64,000 nt of DNA, taken from contig SMSO01000008.1 in the NCBI GenBank assembly GCA_004764695.1, positions 620,001 to 684,000 of the forward strand, in the 5' to 3' direction. Numbering within the stretch: position 1 is the stretch's first letter; each line of letters begins with the position of its first letter. The stretch is from Schizochytrium sp. TIO01. Lineage: Eukaryota; Protista; Bigyra: Labyrinthulomycetes. The translations under genes were made by a program, and so were the position numbers. A model generated the notes under the pieces. That model was not told the DNA's origin, did no database searches, and saw nothing but the letters and a program-made list of their open reading frames with translations. Positions 57,762 to 64,000 of the stretch are shown piece after piece.

Positions 57762-60700
57762 TTACCGAGCAAGGTTATTGGCAATAAACACAGTCGCGCC
57801 AGCAAGCCCAAGCATATTGGCGAATGGTACATACTGAAGCATTTCAGGTGTGGACATAACATATGCATAGACTGAAACACAAAGAAGTAGAATACCAATG
57901 TTCTGCCATGGGATTGGCTCAGTGTCAAAACGTTGTGCGTCATCGCGTTCCTTTTGCTCTTTTCTTATCTCCTCGTCACTACGCATGACGAGGCGCAATA
58001 GCTCAGTCGGGTCGGTTTCGTCTGTCAACAAACCCTTCTCCGTTACAATTGTACGAAATTGACTTGCTGCTCTTGCCAGCCGTAGCACGTCGTGATTGAT
58101 ATCCGCTCTCTCAGATTGGAGTTTCAAGAAAGCTTTTGTTTGAGCAAGTGTAGCGAGATTCTTCACAACAAAATGAAGTGCACGGTAGCGAAGGTTTTGA
58201 CAGTTCAGCTCGCAGGCTAAACGTAAAGCTTGCACAGCGTTCGACTCATTCAGTACCAACGCATCCTCGCACATGTGTTTCATAATGTCTAAACCATACG
58301 TAGAAGCAGCTGTAAGATCTTCGAACAAAAGGCCATCGTTTCCAGATAAATCGCTAAGCTTCCCAGTATACAAAAAGCTTATCAATCGTAGCAAAATGCT
58401 CTGAGATTCCGGCATTTTCAAACGCAGCACCTCATAGCTGTCTTCTTCATTCGATTCCTCATCCCCGTCCTCATGAACGCCTCGCTTATCTGAGCTGGTC
58501 AGCTCATGTCGCAGAGCACGTAACCTTTCTGCAAAATACAATGAATTAGCAGTCAAAATGATATTATGTGCATGGATCCTCTTACCGTCTGCGCAAATTA
58601 TCTCAACATCAGCCCAATGCGGTTCATTTACCACGCTAGAGAGGTCGTCTGCAAACCGGGAGGCTAGTGCCTCAGGTTTCTCGATTGCCTTTTCCATGAT
58701 ATCTGATTCTGTAGCTTGGCTTCGAGCACAAATAGCTTCTAGTCGCCCAAGCTCAAAGTCAGAGGCAACTCGACAAACCTCCTCTGCAAGAGTTCCCATG
58801 GGGTCGAGTGTTTCAAACAGATTGTCTCCATAAATGTACTCTAGAACCACTGCCGCAGCGTCAGGGCTAACATCGGTCCACTCAATCTCAATCACCTCTA
58901 CATCACCGCGAAATTCCTCCTCGAGCTCAATCATGCGACGAACAACAGGGCTTCTAGCTGAAAGTATTACACGGTGAGCACGCAAACGCACACCTTCTAC
59001 TATGATCTCCACGTCGCATGGGATGCCTCCGTCGCGTGCTCTTCTAAGGGCCTCTGCACAGCGAGAACCACTTGTTACTACACTGGTATGGTAATGCCCG
59101 CATGCAAAAGACTCAACATACGCATCGCGTACAAGCGGATCGATGGCCAAACGAGGGTGAGCAACACCTTCTGCTGTTTCCACACACGGAGGTTGGCCCC
59201 AAACGAAAATTTCGCCGGTAGTGGTGATTGCAGCAGTATGATGAGTTCCAGCTGAGATTTGACGAACTTTGATATCCGCCAGGTGAGGAACTAGTCTAGG
59301 CCAACGCCAGGGCTGTCCATCTCTAGTACCCTTTGTAGCGCTCGCATTTTCCCAAGATGGGTCTTCACGTTGAACTGGAACGGTCTGCCCGGCAGTGGTA
59401 AATACGTCTCCCTCCCCAGTAACGAAAGAGCCCTTCACACGAACAGACCAATTGGTCAAAGCTTCGCCCATACCAAGAGCAGGAGATCCAAAATCACCCC
59501 AGGTAAAGAGTTGACCAGACCTGGAGATTGCCGCGCCATGATTAGGCCCACAAGTTATGTGACGAATAGCAGGTAGAGGTTCTTCACTATTTTCGTCAGA
59601 AAGAGCATGTTGAACATGAACTGGCTCAAGACTATTCCTCAGGTCACCGATTCCAAGCTGGCCATGAGATCCTCGGCCCCATGCATACACGGCACCATTT
59701 GAGTCCACAGCAAGTGCGTGCGCATCTCCGCAAGCAATCTCCATAATTGTTGCTCCCTCAAGTGCACCTTTGATTTCTTTTGGTTTGACACGAAAACGTT
59801 GAACGCCAGCATCTGACTTCTGTCGTCGTCGCCCAAACGTTCTCGCAGATTCACGTACTTCAGGTTTACCCAGACCGAGTCGACCATGCTGCCAGATACC
59901 CCATGAGAAGACTCGACCGGTGCATCCCAGCGCCAACGTAAATCCGCCGCCACATGCAACTGCATCGATAAGCTCTCCTTGGAAATCAGATTCAGGGATC
60001 TGACTTGGCGAATTCCGCGTTCTAGTATTACCAAGGCCAAGAGCGCTCCCAAGACCCCAAGAAAACACAGTTCCTTCTTTGCTAACGCAGACAGAATGTG
60101 AGCCTGCAAGATCCCCTCCTGCTCCAACATCAACGGCCAAAACAGGGTCTTCGCGCTCGCACAAATTTGATACCATACGCGGATATGGGCAATCTTCGGT
60201 ATCTCCGTGTCCCAAAGCACCATCTGCGCCGCTTCCCCATGTGTAAACAAGACCCATATCAGAAAGTGCCACACAGTGATGCAATGATGCAGATATCTTC
60301 GACATTCGGGAGAGTTCGATTACGCTGTAAAGAGGTACAGACATTGGTGATACGTATGCTCTATTTTCCGAAGAACCGATACCAAGAACCCCGCGTTCAT
60401 TGAGACCCCATGAGTAGATGTCTACTTGACTTGCATATCGTTTCCCTTCGCGAACTGCGAGACGTGGAATACTCTTTCGCATAAACATTTCTGCAACGCC
60501 ATCTTCAGATTCCTGAAGAGATCCACTCTCATGTACCCCCTTTTCTTCCCAAGGTTCAGTTGTCTCAGGCCTAACCTCAGATGTAGAAGATGATAGGGGT
60601 CTAATAGGTTTATTTTCAGCGACTGCGCTAAGAAGAACCACAAAAGGTTGTCCAGCTGCAATCCTTTCTACTGTATTTTCACAAAAGAGACACACTTTGA

Positions 60701-61802
60701 TATTGATGGAACCTCCTGTGCTATCCCGCAATCTTACGAACCCCTGACCTGTGACGGTAATACCCGTACTCCAAACATTGAGATGACGAAATAGCTTCGT
60801 TCGAGCTGTTACTTTGATGTCACCTGCCTTTTGGGCCAACTCCCAGGCCTTAGCTGGACGCTCTTCAGCATCTTCAATGTCCAAAAGGTCACGCGACATT
60901 GATTCAACCACAAACCCATCTGGGAAGTATTCTTCCGTTTCTGACTTGAAGAGGTCTCCAACAAGTAAGATTTGTCGCACTACATTGCGTAGAGCTACTT
61001 CAAGGGTTGATGACTTACAGAATTTCTCACCACCCTCGTATTGGATGTACTCATCGCATGCTAAGAGATCCCCCATAGTTGCATGTGTCAATGTTTTGAT
61101 GTTCACAGCCCGTACAGAGGCACTTTCTCCAACTCTTATATTGTGCGCTCGCCCCATTAAAGTGATGACTCGTTTAGTTGCCAAATCGACGTTGTCCAGA
61201 AGATCTAATGGCTGCGTACCGATTTGAATTTGAGGGATCCATCGAAAACATTGTGCCTTATCCAGCAATGTGGCGACATCATTTACATCTAAACAGGCTT
61301 GAAATGCTTCAGGATGATGCAAAACTGGAGTAGAGATGGAGACACTCTGGTTAATAAGCCCATCCAGGTGAGAACGAAGTGCATGCATCGTCTCTAGAAA
61401 GTCTTTTGATTCTCTTACTGGTACAGGATCATTCATATTGATTCGCTTCTGTGCCAAGGTTGGATCATACCATGACTTCGTGGCCAGATCTTGGAACGCA
61501 AAGTTTTCAGCCACAGATACATTCTCTGAACGAGCATCTTCGTAACGATAAATATCAAAGTCAAAATCGTCATCGTCGTTGCCCTTACCAACCTCACCAG
61601 TCAAGGCCGGCCCATCCAAATCTTCTTTCACCTCAGGATACTCTTCTCGGGGTCTACGCCGATCCGTGTTCTCCGAATTCTCGAGCATATCTGGAACTTT
61701 CGTTGATCTCAAGACCTTTTCTTCAATTGTTTTGACCCTTTGCTTTACACTTGGTGAGTCGAGTGCGTCAATCCTCGCATTCTCCTCGAAGGTATTGCTC
61801 AT
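57762..61802 (-). CDS. RCC1-repeat + tandem BTB/POZ protein with C-terminal hydrophobic helices
   Basis: RCC1 repeats (YSWGLNERGVLG, VYTWGSGADGALGHG, VYAWGRGSHGQLGIG). BTB motifs CDVEIIVEGVRLRAHRVILSARS and ADVEIICADGKRIHAHNIILTANS. Confidence 0.85.
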   Translation of the reverse strand: MSNTFEENARIDALDSPSVKQRVKTIEEKVLRSTKVPDMLENSENTDRRRPREEYPEVKEDLDGPALTGEVGKGNDDDDFDFDIYRYEDARSENVSVAENFAFQDLATKSWYDPTLAQKRINMNDPVPVRESKDFLETMHALRSHLDGLINQSVSISTPVLHHPEAFQACLDVNDVATLLDKAQCFRWIPQIQIGTQPLDLLDNVDLATKRVITLMGRAHNIRVGESASVRAVNIKTLTHATMGDLLACDEYIQYEGGEKFCKSSTLEVALRNVVRQILLVGDLFKSETEEYFPDGFVVESMSRDLLDIEDAEERPAKAWELAQKAGDIKVTARTKLFRHLNVWSTGITVTGQGFVRLRDSTGGSINIKVCLFCENTVERIAAGQPFVVLLSAVAENKPIRPLSSSTSEVRPETTEPWEEKGVHESGSLQESEDGVAEMFMRKSIPRLAVREGKRYASQVDIYSWGLNERGVLGIGSSENRAYVSPMSVPLYSVIELSRMSKISASLHHCVALSDMGLVYTWGSGADGALGHGDTEDCPYPRMVSNLCEREDPVLAVDVGAGGDLAGSHSVCVSKEGTVFSWGLGSALGLGNTRTRNSPSQIPESDFQGELIDAVACGGGFTLALGCTGRVFSWGIWQHGRLGLGKPEVRESARTFGRRRQKSDAGVQRFRVKPKEIKGALEGATIMEIACGDAHALAVDSNGAVYAWGRGSHGQLGIGDLRNSLEPVHVQHALSDENSEEPLPAIRHITCGPNHGAAISRSGQLFTWGDFGSPALGMGEALTNWSVRVKGSFVTGEGDVFTTAGQTVPVQREDPSWENASATKGTRDGQPWRWPRLVPHLADIKVRQISAGTHHTAAITTTGEIFVWGQPPCVETAEGVAHPRLAIDPLVRDAYVESFACGHYHTSVVTSGSRCAEALRRARDGGIPCDVEIIVEGVRLRAHRVILSARSPVVRRMIELEEEFRGDVEVIEIEWTDVSPDAAAVVLEYIYGDNLFETLDPMGTLAEEVCRVASDFELGRLEAICARSQATESDIMEKAIEKPEALASRFADDLSSVVNEPHWADVEIICADGKRIHAHNIILTANSLYFAERLRALRHELTSSDKRGVHEDGDEESNEEDSYEVLRLKMPESQSILLRLISFLYTGKLSDLSGNDGLLFEDLTAASTYGLDIMKHMCEDALVLNESNAVQALRLACELNCQNLRYRALHFVVKNLATLAQTKAFLKLQSERADINHDVLRLARAASQFRTIVTEKGLLTDETDPTELLRLVMRSDEEIRKEQKERDDAQRFDTEPIPWQNIGILLLCVSVYAYVMSTPEMLQYVPFANMLGLAGATVFIANNLAR

Positions 61803-62608
61803 GATTCACAGTAAAATGCTCCTAAGCTTCTCAATCTTTTGCAAGTTCCTACGGAGTTTCCTTCTTTGAGACGCTTGATATGCACAGTTTGTCTGAAGCC
61901 TTTCCACTCAGATCTCACAACGTCAGAATACGTCCTCTAACGAGGAACCTTTGTAAAGTAAACACAAGGCTCCTTCCAAAGCAGACGGGATGGGCCAAAC
62001 CTTCTTCCGCCGTTGACCCCGTCGCTGCAAGCAGGTTCGCCCAACCCAAGGCTCCTGACAATTAATTTCAGCAGGTCCTGCCCAGTTCTCCAGCTTTACC
62101 CGCTGCGTTTGCTCGCCCTGCACCCAGTGGCACGGGTTTGCGAGTAGTCTTGGGCTCGAAGACGAGGCCAGATGACTCGAAACAAATGACTCGATTAAAG
62201 TTTCTCTTTCTTTTTACATATGACAAAAAGCAAAACTTTCAACTTAAAGAGGGATGAAAAGATAAAGAAGAGAGAGAGGTCTTTCATTGATTGACCTATG
62301 TCTCATACTAAGTAGGTAGTAGGTAGCACGTACCTACTGTTATGTATGTATGCCGTTAGGGAGGGTGCCAGGTGCGTTTCGCAACGAAAGATCCCAATAA
62401 TGAGTACCGGTACCATTTGCACGTTGAGTTGGGCCTGTGCAGGAAGAGCACCTAGATGAAAACTCGGTCATGACAAGAGCTACAAATTGAAGACACTCGG
62501 GAGAGGACTGTGACTCCAGGGAGCTTGTCAATTTATTTTGAAGGATTGCAAAGTAGAAGCTTAACTCTGCGGGTTGTGGGGGTGAATACACGATAGAGCT
62601 TAACCGAA

Positions 62609-63388
62609 ATGGCAGACGACGATCACTGGGGAGCCCTCCAAGAGGATGCAGAACGACTTGGAGAACGCGCAGACGAAGTTGAAGCGCCACAAGGAAGACT
62701 TGGGTTTGAGGAGAAGTTTGAAGGCAAACATGGCGACCAGGATGATGGAGACATCGACCCCAGCAGCGAACATGATGGACCTGTAGCAAATCCCCCGGTT
62801 CGGAAAGCAGCAGGATGGGGAGATGAAGCTGCACCTTCTGAAGGCAAAGCTGGTGAAGATGATCAGTCTGAGGCTGCCAAAAAGTCGAAGCGGAAGTCAG
62901 CAGCGCGTGATGGCTTTATGATGGATATCGAAACCACAAGCCCGACCGACGAGAAGGAGGCAAGCAAGAACAAGCACTTTGCTGTGGATGACGATGCCAG
63001 TGGGAGTATCATGGTGATTCCTGACCTTGATGAAGACCAGGAAGAAGATCTTCAGCTCAAGGTTGCTGAAGCCCCAGCAAATGTTCGCACTGTACAAACC
63101 CTGCGTGAGCTTGATCGGCAAATCCATGGACTTCAAATCACTAATGCAAACCTCGATGATAATCAGAGACTTGACTTGAGCATCTTGTCTCGCGTTTTAG
63201 TTCCTCGCGAAAAACTTGAGGAGCCTGATGAGCCTTGGGACTTTGATAAACTGCTCGAGCACGTCTCACAGGAGATGACTCGGCAACGTGAATCGAATGA
63301 AGCCTTTGAGCGATCCCATGCAGAGACAGCTTCTGCTGGCAATACTCAAGTACCAACACCTATTATTGCCACTGGTTCGTCTCCTTGA
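62609..63388 (+). CDS. IFT43: Intraflagellar transport protein 43 homolog
   Basis: IMVIPDLDEDQEEDLQLKVAEAP...VQTLRELD and LDLSILSRVLVP...EPDEPWDFDKLLEHVSQE match the two conserved IFT43 blocks. Confidence 0.8.
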   Translation: MADDDHWGALQEDAERLGERADEVEAPQGRLGFEEKFEGKHGDQDDGDIDPSSEHDGPVANPPVRKAAGWGDEAAPSEGKAGEDDQSEAAKKSKRKSAARDGFMMDIETTSPTDEKEASKNKHFAVDDDASGSIMVIPDLDEDQEEDLQLKVAEAPANVRTVQTLRELDRQIHGLQITNANLDDNQRLDLSILSRVLVPREKLEEPDEPWDFDKLLEHVSQEMTRQRESNEAFERSHAETASAGNTQVPTPIIATGSSP

Positions 63389-64000
63389 ATATTCTATTGT
63401 GTAACTTGACGATCATATATTTCTGTTAACTTCGTTATTTTGAATAACAATCAGGAAACAAACGTTTAGAACTCCTCTCTTGTAAGGTTGCGTAACCTTG
63501 AGATTTTGTTTCTAATGTTGTAGCTTAGGTGGTAGTTTACTGAGAGAAGCAACATGAATACGAAGGAAACATTATCCAATTCAGCACTAGACTCTTTTTG
63601 ATGCCTGCTTCAACACTTTAGATCAATGTTCCTGACTTACACGAAGGATACCTACCCTTTCTGTGGACTATTGGTAATGGTGAGAAAGAAACTCTGTACA
63701 AGTGTTAGGTCGGTTCAACATGATGTGCAGATTGTAAAGCTCATATCTATAATCTAGCTAAGTGTAATTCATGAGATCTACATTAAAATATATGGAACAG
63801 GTTAAGCAATCAGTGTGCGAGAATCAATAGAACTAGCAACTCTTGACATTTCAGAGAACAAAATTGTTAAGAAGCATTGAAGTGAGTGATCATAAGTCGT
63901 GAAGTGATATCGATTTAATTAAATACATAAGTAATCTGCGTAGTAGATACATAAGAAGAGGAGAGAAAAGAGAATGAATACGAACCTATAGAAGATTGAA

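Noticed and set aside
63820-63880. Isolated LRR-like peptide ELATLDISENKI on the + strand
   Set aside because: A single motif surrounded by stops, without the 84-nt exon structure. Insufficient support.

Overview
Eukaryotic, intron-poor genomic DNA, probably from a thraustochytrid/labyrinthulomycete-like stramenopile. This is inferred from the gene set, IFT43, the mevalonate pathway and abundant tetranucleotide microsatellites. Housekeeping-type genes: DENND6-like, mevalonate kinase (3 exons), ArfGAP, RCC1-BTB-BTB and IFT43, plus a class C GPCR with two tandem Venus-flytrap domains. Three things stand out. (1) The ORF track largely misses a minus-strand LRR-helical-kinase-RING1/RING2 receptor gene (35219->26127). 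Each LRR is a separate 84-nt phase-2/phase-2 exon in a mosaic of near-identical duplicated introns, with variation concentrated on the concave-face codons. Directly upstream is a paralog (42125->~36400) whose 9 LRR exons are intact but whose effector half is decayed. Together these look like an exon-shuffling, immune-like receptor locus. (2) A HUWE1/Tom1/UPL1-type E3 ligase is split: a 3806-aa HECT-less N-terminal gene (+) and a stand-alone HECT C-terminus on the opposite strand 8.3 kb away. (3) A 414-bp solo-LTR-like element (TG...CA, 5-bp TSD) in the receptor gene carries GT/AG just inside its ends and would splice out in frame as a new intron. A diverged sister copy sits in the paralog. All gene models were read by eye and need transcript confirmation.
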